Assembly: GCA_051294375.1 (NCBI GenBank)
Contig: CM119267.1
Span: 18,757,439-18,821,438, forward strand
DNA from: Paraspadella gotoi
Lineage: Eukaryota > Animalia > Chaetognatha
Length of the DNA stretch: 64,000 nt
Direction: 5' to 3'
In this document: piece by piece, positions 46,604 to 62,732 of the stretch
Layout of the letters: every line of letters starts with the position of its first letter
Numbering within the stretch: position 1 is the first letter of the stretch
The notes under the pieces: generated by a model
Databases searched by the model: none
What the model was told of the DNA's origin: nothing
What the model saw: the letters and a program-made list of their open reading frames with translations, nothing else
Program-made: the position numbers and the translations under genes

Positions 46604-48280
46604 TTTTTTCCTTTCTCCTCCTCTGGTTAAGCTCCGCAGGGGAGAAGTTTTTGTTTAAAACACGAAACTGGTTGAAAACTGACTTTAAAGTTTAAGGGCG
46701 AGAATTTTTTAATTGGTTTTTATGTTATGAGATAGATATATTTTATATTATATATTTTATTATTTTATCACATTTAAAACTGAGCTCAAATTCGAAATTT
46801 TACGAAACTGAACAAAAGATTAAAACGAAATACAAGCTGGTCATAAGGAAAAAGAGAGAATATAATTCATAGGTTGAATGTTTAATTACGTAAAGAGGGT
46901 CCAAAATGAAACGCAAATTCTTTGAAACAATTATTAGCCTATGGGCATTGATGGACAAGACCACAAGACTGCAAGACAACAATAATTAGATTCGACGTTT
47001 TTATTTTGTTTAGATTTAATTTAATTCATCTGTCGAATTCAGATTTGATTTTATGAAGATTTAAGTCTTAACTTGGATCGCGAAATGAAAAAAGTTTCAA
47101 GAAAGTTTCGGCTGAAAATGAATCTCTTTTTTTGCTTTTACGTTTGCTTAGCCGCTTAATTTATGGTTGAAGTTGGCAACCGGAGGCCAAATATTTGCAT
47201 GCGTCAATCAGTCTGTATAAGTTATTAGATTCTAACTCTTTGCTACTAATAGACACCGCATCGTATATTACGACTGCCCTGATTTTATGTTTTAATTTTT
47301 CCAATAGTTTTTTTTAGGTTAAAATTTTTAACTTTTTCTTTTTTCTTTAAAATGAAATTATTTGAAATGTTTTCTGACACACTCTCGCTTATCAAAAGCT
47401 GAACTGATACCAACCTACCAGGGTATTAAGAACACTGATTGTTGCATTCAAATTTTGAAGATTTGCTGAATTCATTGGAATGAAACGCGATTTTGCCAAA
47501 TTGCAAAAAAAAAAAAAAAAGACAAAGAAAGCTTTTATTGAATTATGAAAAAAAATGTAAAAAAATCCATTGCTGGAGGAACATGCCCGATCACGAACTC
47601 CCAGGCAGATAATTCCCGGGAGAACTCTCGCGGATTGTCTGCTCTTTCGAAACGCGGGAGTTCGTTTATCCGACGGTTTCCCAGGAGGCGGCACCGGTTC
47701 CAAACTCTGTTCAAATGTCGCACGTCGAGGACATGAACGAACAAAAGGCACGATATCAAGGGAGTCCTTCTATTCAATATTAATACATGCAGAACGACAA
47801 GCAAACGACAATTATGCCATGAAAAATTCAATTATCAAATAAAATTAATCGAGCAATCTATTAAAATCTGAAATTTCTCACTTCTTAGTTATCTCTCGCA
47901 TGGCCTACATTTCAAGCAAAATTAAAAAAATGGAAATCTATCGGTCTCATATTATTTTAATTGAGTTACTAATTAAAATCATTCAAATCCGTCATCCTCT
48001 CGTCTTGACTCGCCTCCCGTCTTTTTCGGACTTTGGACACGAAAAATCGAAATAGCATTTATCCCGGATATTCTTATTAGCGTTTTAATAAGCGTTTCCT
48101 CTTTCGCGTCGCGCGCCGTTGCTAAGGAAGCTCTCTTCCTTCATCCTCCTTCTTCCCGTTGCCAAGGAGCAGAACCCCGTGCGAGGTCGCTAAGCAGTCA
48201 TGGTGCAGTTACGTAGCTGCATTCGTTTGTTGGCGCGGGTGCACGGCCGTTTCTTCGATAGACGCCGCGCATGTTCTACT

Positions 48281-48357
<77 letters not shown>

Positions 48358-48358
48358 T

Positions 48359-48391
<33 letters not shown>

Positions 48392-48468
48392 GAGAGAAGA
48401 GAGAGAGAGAGAAAAAAATAATTCTTTAGAAAAAAAACTAAGAAAAAAAATAATAGATAGTTATATAT

Positions 48469-48513
<45 letters not shown>

Positions 48514-49159
48514 GTATATTGATAGAATAGTAATAGATTAAGATAGAATAGATAGATAGATAGATAGATAGATAGATGAAGAAAGTATATACACCATAGA
48601 ATATAAAAGATGGACAAGGAGAGAATCCAAAAGCAGAAAGATAAGAAAGAAAGAAAAGGAAAATAAGATTACGAAAGAGTAAAAAGAAGACAGACATATT
48701 TCAACTTTCCACAGCCTAAAATAATACAACTTTCTGTTTTAATGAATAATTTCTCTTTCCGCATTCGTTCACGCCCAACAAACTCACACACTCCATACCC
48801 ACTCGCCCACCTTCACGCTGAACGGTGAAACCTCTTTCAAAAAAAAAGAAAGAAAAGGAAAACAACGTTAAATGTTATAGAGCCCCGAGCTCGTTTTCTT
48901 CTCGTCTTATTTTCTTTCCTAGTTTTTCTCTCCCTCGTATTTCTCAGAAATAAGGGATCTCTCTTTAGTTCGTCAACACAGTAAACTCTCCCACCCTCTT
49001 CTTACAGCCCACCCCCACCCCCCCCCTTCGAGAACAGCATCCCTAGGCTCCACTCTCCCCCCCCCAACTGGGCTCGACTAACGCGATGGGTCAAAGGTGG
49101 AACTTATTCAGAGTTCTTCCACTTTTTATGTTTATGTTGTTGTTTTTAGCCTCGAGGAG

Positions 49160-49199
<40 letters not shown>

Positions 49200-49206
49200 G
49201 GAGAGA

Positions 49207-49239
<33 letters not shown>

Positions 49240-49378
49240 CGAAAAGAGAACTTTCCAAAATTGACATTCAAAATTAAAATATTCAGGCATTGGTTGGATC
49301 TATTTCGATCAAAAAACCGTGAGAATTCCTCACCAAGTTCCCTCGAAGGTCAGACTCGGAGGGGTGGAAACTCTGTCC

Positions 49379-49409
<31 letters not shown>

Positions 49410-49414
49410 CTCCT

Positions 49415-49469
<55 letters not shown>

Positions 49470-49594
49470 CTTCGTCCTTCACTCCCCCATTAAACCCTTC
49501 AATCATATCCCTCTGTCCCATCTCCCCATCTCCCTAGCCCAAAAANNNNNNNNNNNNNNNNNNNNNNNNNGTCATTCGCCAGTCCGCGTCCTTA

Positions 49595-49640
<46 letters not shown>

Positions 49641-49649
49641 CCCTCCCGC

Positions 49650-51152
<1,503 letters not shown>

Positions 51153-51154
51153 GT

Positions 51155-53660
51155 CCTGTGTGACGCACTCTCCAATTAAGCTGCGACTGCTGTTCATTCA
51201 TTCCACTCACTGGTCGCCATTCACAACCTTCCTTGGTTGAGTGCCTCTCTTGGCGGAGCATGAGTTGGCAAATGTTCTACCAGGTCAAGCGACTTGTTTC
51301 TTGACGACTCGTCGGGTAATCTGCTTTATCTCCGTTTTTAGTTCTTCATTGGACATTGAGAATCCGCGGGCATCGAAATGAAAGAGATTTATCTAATAGA
51401 GTTGCTTCAGTAATTCTTGAGCAATTCACAACAAAGACAATAAAAGAAAAAATCTTGGATTTTTTTTCTTCGGTAAAAGCAAATATGTTTTCCAAAAAAT
51501 AATTTAGTTGAATTCAATTTAACTTTTGGACTGACAATGACAAAACGCTGTGTTACTTTTTTAAATGCACAAATCGATCTGCCTCTTGCCAAAATGTCAA
51601 AGACGAAAATCAATAACTTCAATTATATTGGTCTTTTTTTTGTTGTTTCGGTCAGTAAACGAAGCCGAGATGGCGGAGGAACGGGTCCCTCTGCTTGCTC
51701 CTCGTCTCCGTCCTCTTTAGGAGAGATCGAAGGGAGGGAACGGGGTGAAGTAGGAGTCGAAGGGCGTAGAATGTAGAGTGGGAGTTGAGCAGGGTGGATG
51801 GAGGGGTAGGTAGGGATGGAGGAGCGAACGACGAAACTTCTTCGAAGAATCCGATTCAACACGATGATGTCGCGATGAAGAAACTTTCAATTCGACGCGA
51901 CTCAGGTTGATTGGAAATTGATTGCACCGATTGCAGATTGATGGAGATGAATGAACTTCGTTCATTAATTTCATTTCTTAATTCCAAATCCTCAATTCCT
52001 TTCGTTATTCCTCCTTCGCCTTAGGAGCTGTATCCATCACCTCCTTCCCTCCGTCAAGTCGTCCCTCCCTTCCTCCCCCTCCTCTCATCCCCGCCTCCTC
52101 CCCTCGCCATTTACCGTCATCGACAACCTAACTCTATCCGTCCTCTCCTTGCGGACTCCCTTCTCCCTTCCTTCTCGTCGCCAATCTCGGTTCGCGTCAC
52201 GCCTTCCGCCGAAAATTCTGATCGCGGCGCCGTCGCCGGCCGCCGCACGCGAGATTCCTTGTCTTGTCTCTCTGTCGCGGATTATATCCGCCGTCGCTGG
52301 CGTTTTCGAGGCCGGCGTGGCCCGGTGGCGAGGCGGATGGAAGGTGAGCTAAATAATTCTGTTGTAGAGATACAGAATGTAGAATGTAGAGTGTAGATAT
52401 CACGGAGACGTGGGGTTCGGAGAGTAGGGATGAAGGAGCGAGAATTCAAAGCCCACCGCTTCCAACCACACGAAGGAAGTAGGCGTGGTTATTAAGGAGA
52501 AATGGAGGAGGAGTTATTGACATAAGAACACATTTGAGATGATGATAATGTGAACCATACAGAAAAATCAGATTGTAGAATTATGCAGAGAAAGCGCAGG
52601 CAACAGAACAATATAACAATAGTCATTAAGGACGTTGAATGATTAGTTCCCCTTGAAGGGTAAGTTGAAGAGTGATCTGAGTTCCCATCGCATCGTTTCT
52701 CTGCCGGTCGTTTTCCTGAGGGAAGCTCCTCTCTTGATTGGATCAATTCAGAAGACACAAATTGGACGGAGAAGCCAATGAGAGACAAGACCACGTTGAT
52801 AACTCCGCATTCATCTGCGTTGTATGATTGACGACCAAAACAGACACAACGAAAACCGGGACGCCGACAACGACACAAGGACTTTCGCAGAAATAAGATA
52901 AGATCGAACAGAGATAAGAAGGAGACGAGAGGAAGAGTCGACTTAGTTAGGATCCGGTAAGTTAATGAAAATGAGTAAGTGAATAGAGGACCCTCTTCCC
53001 AAACGTCCATACTCGACACATTCCGACTCGGTTTATAAATTTGAGAAATGATGTATCATCAACGCCGTGACCCTTTTTTCGCTAAAAGCGATCACTTGTT
53101 CACATCACAGCGCCCGCCCACACGCACGTCACAAAACTTCTCCGCTTCAACCGGAAGTCGACGAAAACGAGGAACAAACGTCACTCGGCTTGCCGTCTAC
53201 AAGTTGCCCAGCGTTTCGGCGGGTTGGCCAACATCTGGTAAAGTCTATTGAATATTCAGAGAGACGTCTCTTAATATTTCGCGTAATATCTTAACTAAAA
53301 AAAATATATTTATGTCGTGTTAGTTGGTTTGTTATTTTTTTTTTACAGGTTCTCGAGAAAACGCGGCAAACCGAATATCGTGATACGGGAACGTTTATGC
53401 TACAAGATGCAGCATCGTCCACAACCACGAACATCTGCCGTTGCATCGGCTCATTCAGCCATTGCCGTCGCCCCGCAATTTCACGGCAGACATGAATGAC
53501 GAGCTATTTTTTGTTCGATTTTAATAATTAACGTTAATGTTCTCTTGCGTCGACTATGACCAGTACCCTTAAGCAAAGAAGAGTTACAATGTTCAGCCGC
53601 GTTGGCGCCTTAGTGAATTGAAGGATGGAAACGGACGGTGAATGCGCTCGTTTTACAATC
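51155..53660 (+). repeat. Inverted, indel-rich duplicate of 41145-43460 (5' exons of the AMPK gamma-like gene)
   Basis: Reverse complement of 41145-43460, including ATGGCGGAGGAACGGGTCC, GGCGAGGCGGATGGAAG|GTGAGC and the tRNA-Leu fragment. The reading frames are broken by scattered 1-2 nt indels. Confidence 0.9.
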
Positions 53661-54171
53661 TCTCTCGTTTTGTGTGTGCCCAACCCATCGCCCGTCAACC
53701 GGCCTTCATTGAGTCCCTCTCCCGATCCACCTGCCAACGAGAGATTCCACGCGTCAATCTCTCTTTTTTTGCCCGGAGGGAACGCCCGTCCATTGGATGG
53801 AGGAGAAAATAAAAAATAAAAAATTTCTCGGGTTGTTGTTGGCATTAGCCAGATCGTCGATCACGTGACCGTCACCGACGCTGGCAGACGTTGCGCGCTT
53901 GGGTCACGTGACACTCGCCCGTTTGTCTTTTTGTCTCTTTGGAAAGAGGAGGAGGAGGAGGAGGAGAGGGAGGGAGAAATGATTTCAGTCCGAGATTAAC
54001 TATTTAAGATTATTTGTTAATTTGATCGAAAAAAAAACTGTTTTAACATAGTAATTTTACCAATCTAATGACAGGGAACTTTTCGTTTAATGTGATATAA
54101 TTCTGGGTTTCTCGTTTCTGGTTGACTTTCGATTTTGCTATACTTTTTCTTTTTTCCCTTCTGTCTCATTA

Positions 54172-54202
<31 letters not shown>

Positions 54203-54203
54203 G

Positions 54204-54243
<40 letters not shown>

Positions 54244-54549
54244 TCCTTTCTCTCCTCAAACCCTCTAATCTCTAATGAATTTTAATCGTCATTTAATGTT
54301 TTATTTTCGGTTGAGTACCAATCCTGACGACGCGATCTATTGCTGTCGAAAAAAGAACATTAGCTAACGATTCGATTCCGATTCCCGTTCCGCCGCCGCC
54401 GCCGCCGCTGCCGCTGCCGCTGCCGCCTCCGCCGAAGACACTTGACCTCCCTAAACATTTTCGTCGCGACGCTGCTTCTTCTTCCATTGACCCCTTTTCC
54501 CGTTTGCGATCAAACATTCATCATTTCTTTTCTTCCTTGGAAGCTTTTT

Positions 54550-54890
54550 ATGCTTATCGTTAGCTAATAGCTTCTGTTTTTTATTCGCTTAGTTTCTCAG
54601 CTGCAAGCTGTTGTGCATTTACTTGCTTAGTTTTATTGCTAATAAGCATGTGTTCTTCATTTGCTTAGTTTCATTGCCAATAGCTTTTGTATGATATGCG
54701 CTTAGTTTCTGTGTAGTATGTACATTTAATTGCTTAGTTTCATTGCTAATTAGAGTCAGTTCTTTATTTGCTTAGTTTCATTGCCAATAGCTTCTATTTC
54801 ATTGTTTGCTTTGCCTTAGTTTCTGAGCTAAGTAACACTTTCGGAGTTTTTATTTGCTTATTTTCTTAGCTAATAGCTTATGTTTTCTTA
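54550..54890 (+). repeat. Degenerate tandem repeat of about 40 bp (about 8 units)
   Basis: The core TTGCTTAGTTTCATTGCTAATAGCTT recurs, and the array is mirrored at about 62040-62380. Confidence 0.7.
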
Positions 54891-55598
54891 CTCAATTACT
54901 TACTCCTTGATTTGCCTCTTAGGACGTACAACTTCCCTTCCATTCTTTTCCGCTTTCTTAATTCATCTTCTAATTAATTTGTAACCCGCAAAGTCTCGTC
55001 ATCTGGACCTTCTCCCCAATCCTCCTGCTCCTCCTCCTCCTCCTCCTCCTTCGTCCCCAACGCCCAACCGACCGTAGAATATGGGATCAGATTGATCTTC
55101 TGTTTGCATATTTCTGCTTCTTTGGAAAAACAAAAGACCATTCGTCGAAGGAGCGACAGAATTTTGGCGAAGGTTCTTTTCTCTGCGACTGCCTCCGGGA
55201 ACTCGGAACGTTGTACCTTTGACATTGTTTGTTTCATAATCAAGGTCTTCGTGAATGAAAAAAAAAATTACCAATTTTGACATATTTTATATTGGTTGTA
55301 CCAATTTCATAAATAAAACCAATATAAAAAATATATATTTTCAGTATATAAAAGTAACAGCTTTTGCTTGACATCTATTTCAATAGAGTGGTTTAAGATT
55401 TTTATGAAGCTATTGTTACGGACGGACTCAGCAGAGAGACTGGCGAGACTGACTGCGAGAGACTGAAGGGAATTCCGAGGGCCCAACGAGTCCCGCGATT
55501 GATATTCAAGGGGAACTCCGATTATGCGGAGGCAAGGAGTCGAGAGAGAGGGAAGAAATGCAGAAGGAGAGGGGAAGGGGGACTGCGGGGGGCGGCAA

Positions 55599-56960
55599 CA
55601 GACCATTCAGTTTCACAATCCGACCACGGAAAAATTCTACGCATCTCCGTTACCCTTCCTACCGAGTACACAGACCATCCAGTTTCACAATCGACGCAAG
55701 GAAAAATTCCTACCATCTCGCCCGTTACCCTTCCCTACCGAGTACACAAGACCATCAGTTTCACATCCGACCACGGAAAAATTCCTACCATCTCCGTTAC
55801 CCTTCCATACCGATACACAGACCATCAGTTTCACATCGACCACGGAAAAAATTCCTACCTCTCCGTTACCCCCTTTACTACCAGAGTACAACAGACCATC
55901 AGTTTCCACCAACGACACGGAAAAATTCCTACATCTCCGTTACCCCTTCCCCCTACCCGAGTACACAGACCATGCAGTTTCCACATACCGACCACGGAAA
56001 CATTCCTACCATCTCCCGTATACCTTCCTACCGAGTACACAGATCCATCAGTTTTCACATCCGACCACGGAAAAATTCCTACCATCTCCGTTACCGCTTC
56101 TAACGAGTAACAGACCATCAGTTTTCACATCCGACCTGACGGAATTACTACCATCTCGTTACCCTTCCTACCGTGAGTACACAGACCATCAGTTTTCACA
56201 TCCGACCACGGAAAAAATTTCCTACCTATCTCCGTTACCTTCCTACCGAGTACACAGACCATCAGTTTCACATCCGACACAGGAAAAATTCCTACCATCT
56301 CCGTTACCCTTCCTGACCGAGTAACCGACCATCAGTTTCAATCCGACCAACGAAAAATTCCTACATCCGTCCGTTACCCTTCCTACCGAGTACTACAGAC
56401 CATCAGTTTCACATCCGATCAACGAAAAATTCTACATCTCCGTTAGCCCTTCCTACCGAGTACATCAGACCATCAGTTCAACATCGACCAACGGAAAAAT
56501 TCCATACCATCTCCGTACCCCTTCCTACCGAGTAGACAGACCATCCAGTTTCACATCCGACCACGGAAAAATTCTTACCATCTCCGTTAACACCTTCCTA
56601 CCGAGTACACAGCCATCAGTTTCACATCGACAACGGAAAAATTCTAGCCCATCTCCGTTACGCCTCCTACGCGAGTACACAACCATCAAGTTTCACATCG
56701 ACCACGGAAAAATTCCCTACCATCTCCGTTACCTTCCTACCGGAGTACACAGACAGTCAGTTTTCACATCCGACCACGGAAAAATTCCTACCATCTCCGT
56801 TACCCTTCTACCGAGTACACAGACCATCAGTTTCACATCCGACCCCACGGAAAAATTCCTACCATCTCCGTTACCCCTTCCTACCGAGTACACTCAACAG
56901 ACCATCAGTTTCACATACCGACACGGAAAAATTCTACCATCGTCCGTTACCGCTTTCCTA
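55599..56960 (+). repeat. 70-bp minisatellite, about 19 copies
   Basis: Consensus CAGACCATCAGTTTCACATCCGACCACGGAAAAATTCCTACCATCTCCGTTACCCTTCCTACCGAGTACA. Units abut without spacers and differ by scattered indels. Confidence 0.95.
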
Positions 56961-59900
56961 CCTAATGCTCTTGGATCTAGCCGCCATCCCACCCACCACC
57001 TGTTTCATACTTTGATTAAATAAAAAATATTGTAACAGCCGAGAGTTAAATTCTTATTTGAGTCTTTGACTTTTAATTCTTTTTTTAAAGAAAAAATGTC
57101 AAAATATTTTTTCTCTAAAATCACAATCCTCAATTCATCTGTACATATTTTAGCCAATAAAAAGGTTTTATTGTGAAAATATTTGTATAAAAAGATTTCA
57201 GTTTTATTATCTATTACTACAATATGTAAATGTTAGAATTAATATTAGTTTTGAGATGCTTCGTTTTCAAATCTTCAAAATGGCTTATTTCTGACTTTTT
57301 GGAAGCGACGACCGAGAATCTAAACCGCATTTTTAAAATGTTTATTTTTATATTGAATTGTTGAAAACAAAACACCACAAGACAAAACAATTCTAACAAG
57401 AAATAACGGTAAAAATTTTCCAAAGTATTCCGTGCAGTGGATGCCTTATCACGTATTTAAAAATCCCATAAAGAAAATTGGATTGGGGACCAAAGACAAA
57501 TGGAAGGAAAACGTGACATGAGCATGATCTTGACTGATGACTCAAACGATTTTGATGCGAATTACGACAAAAAGTAAGATAAATAATAATTAATAAATAA
57601 TAATTAAATAAAATAAAATAATAATTTATTTACATAACATCATGACATTTAAAGATCTCTCTCTCTGTCCTTACAATCAATTTTTTTCCACTCACCTCCT
57701 CTCTCTCTCTCTGTCCAACTTAACTTTTCCTACATCTGACCACTATCCTATCTCAAATTCTTTGTTGGAAACTTTATTTTCTCTCTCTCTCTCTCTTCTC
57801 TCAGTCTCCTCTCTCTCTCTCTCTCGTCTCTTTCCGTCTCTTTCTCCGTGTCTCTCCGTCTCTTTTCTGTGTGTGTCTGTCCTCTCTCTGTGTGGTCTGT
57901 CTCTCCTCCTGTACGATCTCTTGCGTGATCGTTCGTTTTTTGAAAAAATTATGATTATTTTTAAGGTCGGATTCTGCTTTTCAGCAGATCCCGACCTCTA
58001 TAATAATAATATAGGTATAATATATACAGTATATAATATATATATATAATGATAGTATATTTCATTTGTCGGTCCGTCTGTCCGCCCCCTCATATGTCGG
58101 GCCACTCACTTATATCATGTCCAGAACATCGAATAATGATAAATTATGCAAAAAAACGATGTCCGTCACCGCCGTCCACCTTAGCAAAAAACCACCAATT
58201 AACTCGTGATTGGATGGATGAATGGAATGAAATTTTGTGTGTGGGTAGGGGAAGTGTGTGATTGAGCTTTTGTTTATATGAAGTTTTTGATGAATCGTCC
58301 GAGTGGAAATTGAGTTTAAAGGAAAAAACAAAAAAATATAATTTCACTATTTGACACCAATTATTCATGAGTGGATGGCGATTGACTTGAAATTTTGTAT
58401 TTGGGTAGAAAAGTGTGTGATAAACTGGAAATCAGTTTTCGCTGGAATTTTGAGTGGAAATGAGAAAAAAACAAAAACCTGTTTTAACTTATATTGATAT
58501 GCTTCTTTTTCCCTAAAATTAAATGTCAATGCAGATGTATTAAAAATCAAATAATTAATGCAATTAATTAAATCATTAGTCCAATTAATTAATCAAATAT
58601 TTAAGTAATCAGTCAATCATCAAAGTCAATTGTTTATCGAACTTTATTCTCATCGAGTCGTCCATTGCTTTTAATGGTGGTGTTAGTGCGAAAAGACTAA
58701 AACAACATTTGGGAATCAAATTATTAATTAATTAGGCCAATTAATTAATTAATTAAACTTGAATTATTTAATTATTAATGGAAATTAATACAGATAATGA
58801 TCGTGGGCTGATTCCGACATTGGTTTGCTCAAACTTGTTTTCAAAATACTTCCGATCAGTCGATTCTTTCGGCACTATTCGCTATGTCCCCCGGTTACCG
58901 TTTTTTCATTGTTATTGCCATTTTCCGCAACGCAAAATGTTATCATAAAAAATTCGGTCATGTTTATCATCCCTCAATTTGTTACCGTCTTTTAACTATT
59001 CAAAATACTACGAAAGTGTAATTTATATCGTCAATAATTTGAAAATTCAAGTAGTTTTTACGAATATAATTGCAATTTAGATAAAGACTCATGCCTAAGC
59101 ATATTTTACCGAGCTAACCAGATGATAAGTCATGTAACATCTTTTAAAATTATGATCATCACATATTACAACGATAATAATATAAAACCAAAAATTTATA
59201 ATATAGTGAATCTTGGGCAGATAGAGGGAGGAAAGTTTGCAACAACAGTTTCATTTCCTTTCCCTCTCTTCTCTCCTCTCATCTCTCTCTCGTCTCTCTC
59301 TCTCTCTCTCTTTTTTTTTTTTCTCTGTCTTCCCTCTTTCTCTGTTCTCTCTCCCATCTTAACCTGTCCTCCACAATTTCACCATTGTCCTGTCTCACGT
59401 CTTGTTGGCAAATTCCTTCCTCTATCTCTCTCTCTCTCTCTCAATTTATGAAGGCTCGTACTGCAAGAGGTAAAACATGTCCGTTAATAAACTCTGTTGT
59501 TGTAAAAAGACTTCAATCTTTATCTCAACTCAGAATAATCCCTTCTGACTAATACAAAAATTTCGTAAGTTATTTTCTTATAAATCTTGTGATTTGAGGA
59601 GTTCACTGGCAGAGCTATATTTCCTCACATCAACTCCAAAACCGGAGGATACCGGAGGATACCCATATAAAACAAGAAGCATTATCAACTAATAAACATA
59701 GCAGAATGTTCCGTCGGGATAAACCGCAATAACGGGAAACTGAAAGTTGATGGATTTTCCCTTGAATCGTAGTTATTTTCTTATATATTCTCTGAAAGAT
59801 TCTTTTTTTGGAAGATGCTCATTCGGGAAAAAATCATTTTCTTATGTTAAAACAGAATCGGAGAAAATGGAATTGATCAAGATCTCTCAAAACCTAATCC

Positions 59901-60527
59901 TATTGTTAAAATATAATAAATATAGTCTGGTCTGATTAAACATCCCTAAACGACCGCTCTCAAAGACAAAAAAGTCGCAAATGTTAAATTTAGAAAACAA
60001 GATTTTTAAGTCAATTTTTTTTATAAATTTGCTTGCTTTTAAATTAATTTGATGTGATCTAAAACATTCATACCTTATTTTTAAAGAGAAATGATATATC
60101 TTTAAATCGATATATAAATAAGACAAAATTTCTTATGTAGTGATAGATGGCATAGGGATAAACTTGTCGGTTTCATCCTCAAATAGGAAAAGATAGGTGA
60201 ATTACCAGAAAAAGAAAGGATAATAATTTTTTACATTTGGTTTTACGGTTTTGACCGTCTGAGACCAAGTAGGATGGGATTTAATAATATTTTCTAATAT
60301 GAGATGTTACCATCCAGGATTTTTCTGAGGTCTTGATTCACCGTGGGGCGGGGGGGGATCGATGCGGGATGGAATAGTCAATAGGGGGAAGAAGGATAAT
60401 CGTAAGCATAACGGGGGCAAGCGGTTGGCTTGCATTGGGAGGAAAGCGCGGAGAAGAACCGCCCGTGAATTCAAACGAGTTTTATATCTGCGACCAAGAT
60501 TTTCGTGGGGGAGGGGAAGAAAAGGAA

Positions 60528-60599
<72 letters not shown>

Positions 60600-61494
60600 G
60601 AGAGAGATAAGAGGATCAGCCGTTTTTTTTGCGTCTCGCGTCTCATGGACGTCGAAACGATGATGAAGAAGAGCGATTAATCGTCCGAAATAAACAAACA
60701 AAACAGAGGGAGACCAAACAAAACAAGGAGAAAAAAAAACGGGCGCCCTAGTGGCGATACCGTCTCGGCAAAAAAAAAATACGATCAACGAAAAAAAACT
60801 TAAATAAAAAAAAATAACAAAGATAAGAATCTAATATTTATAACCACTTCATTGATAGGGAAGCCAGGTACTCTGGGAGTGAATAAACGAGAACTGTTGA
60901 AGCCTTGATTGAAAGCTTGCAGGGACCTGCCATGTCATATCTTGTAAGAGTGATGGATGCTTAATACCACAAAGCCTGTCCAAATCATGGCAGATAATAA
61001 TAGCTTAATTTACTTAAGGATACTAATAGCTTATTTATTAAACGAATGGATAATTCTTATGATTGTTGTACCATCTCATTGAGGAACAGCTCACAGTGAC
61101 GGAATTACTAGACGGCTTAGAGACGTTAAAACATCAATACGAGGTGGAATTCGAGTTCAATCGCTCTGGCGCGTCGCTTCGGAATGGTCCGATCGGCTTC
61201 TAAACCGATCGCATTGGCCATCCTCTTCGCCTCCGCCTCGAGAATTAAAGACTCTCGCGGCTTTTATTGGTGAAAAATCGGTTCCGCTCCGCGCAGCATC
61301 CGCGAAATTGCGTCGTGGAAGACTCAGGGGGGAAGAGAGGGGGGAGAAAGGACAGAGAGCTTTTGTCTTTTCTCGGAAATGTTTGGGTAGAGATTAAATT
61401 ATAAGATTTAAACTTCTGGCATTAAGTACACCTATTTAGGGCTATAAAAAAAGTCAGTATTTTGTGAGATTTTGAATGATATCAGAGTAGTTAA

Positions 61495-62674
61495 GTAACA
61501 ATAGCTTCACTAAAATCTTAAACCACTTTATTGAATAGATGTCAAGCAAAAGCTGTTACTTTCTCATTAATACTGAATAAGTATTATTTTTATATTGGTT
61601 TTATTTATGAAAATGGTACAAACAATATTAAAATATGTCAAAAATTGGGTAATTTTTTTCATTTCACGAAGACCTGATTATGAAACAAACAATGTCAAAG
61701 GTACACACGTTCGCGAGTTCCCGGAGGCAGTCCGCAAGTAGAAAAGAACCTTCGCCAATCCTGTCGCTCCTTTCGACGAATGGTCCTTTTGTTTTCCAAA
61801 GAAAGCAAGAAATATGCAAACAGAAGATCAAGTCTGATCCATAATCTAACCGGTCGTTGGGCGTTGGGACGAAGGAGGAGGAGGAGAGGAGAGCAGGAGG
61901 ATGGGGAGAAGGTCAGCAATGAGAGAACTTTGCGGGTTACAAATTAATTAGAAGATGAATTAAAGAAAGCGGAAAAGAAATGGAAGGGAAGTTGTACGTC
62001 CTAAGAGGCAAATGCAAGGAGTAAGTAATTTGAGTAAGAAACATAAGCTATTAGCTAAGAAAATAACAAATAAAAAACTCCGAAGTGTTACTTAGCATTC
62101 AGAAACTAAGGCAAAGCAACAAGAAATAGAAGCTATTGGCAATGAAACTAAGCAAAATAAAGAACTGACTCCTAATTAGCAATGAACGTAAGCAATAAAT
62201 GTACATACTACACAGAAACTAAGCGCATATCATACAAAAGCTATTGAATGAAACTAAGCAAATGAAGAACACATGCTTATAGCAATAAACTAAGCAAGTA
62301 AATGCACAGACACTTTGCAGCTGAGAAACTAAGCGATAAAAAACAGAAGCTATTAGCTAACGATAAGCATAAAAAGCTTCCAAGGAAGAAAAGAAATGTG
62401 AATGTTTGATCGCAAACGGGAAAAGGGGGTCAATGGAAGAAGAAGCAAAGCGTCGCAACGAAAATGTTTAGGGAGGTCAAGTGGTCTTCGGGCGGAGGCG
62501 GCTAGCGGCGGCAGCGGCAGCGGCGGCGGCGGCGGCGGAACGGGAATCGGAATCGATAGCTAATGTTCTTTTTCGACAGCAATAGATCGTCGTCCAGGAT
62601 TGGTACTCAACCGAAAATAAAACATTAAATGACCGATTAAAATTCATTAGAGATTAGAGGGTTTGGGAGAGAAA

Positions 62675-62732
<58 letters not shown>

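Noticed and set aside
51660-53640. Second functional AMPK-gamma gene on the plus strand
   Set aside because: Only the 5' exons are present, all are broken by indels, and there are no CBS exons. It is an inverted copy, probably artefactual.
55599-56960. CRISPR-like array
   Set aside because: The repeats abut with no unique spacers, there are no cas genes, and the context is eukaryotic; it is a minisatellite.
57530-57570. CTGATGA followed by a short stem
   Set aside because: No GAAA or stem III/cleavage triplet; chance match.
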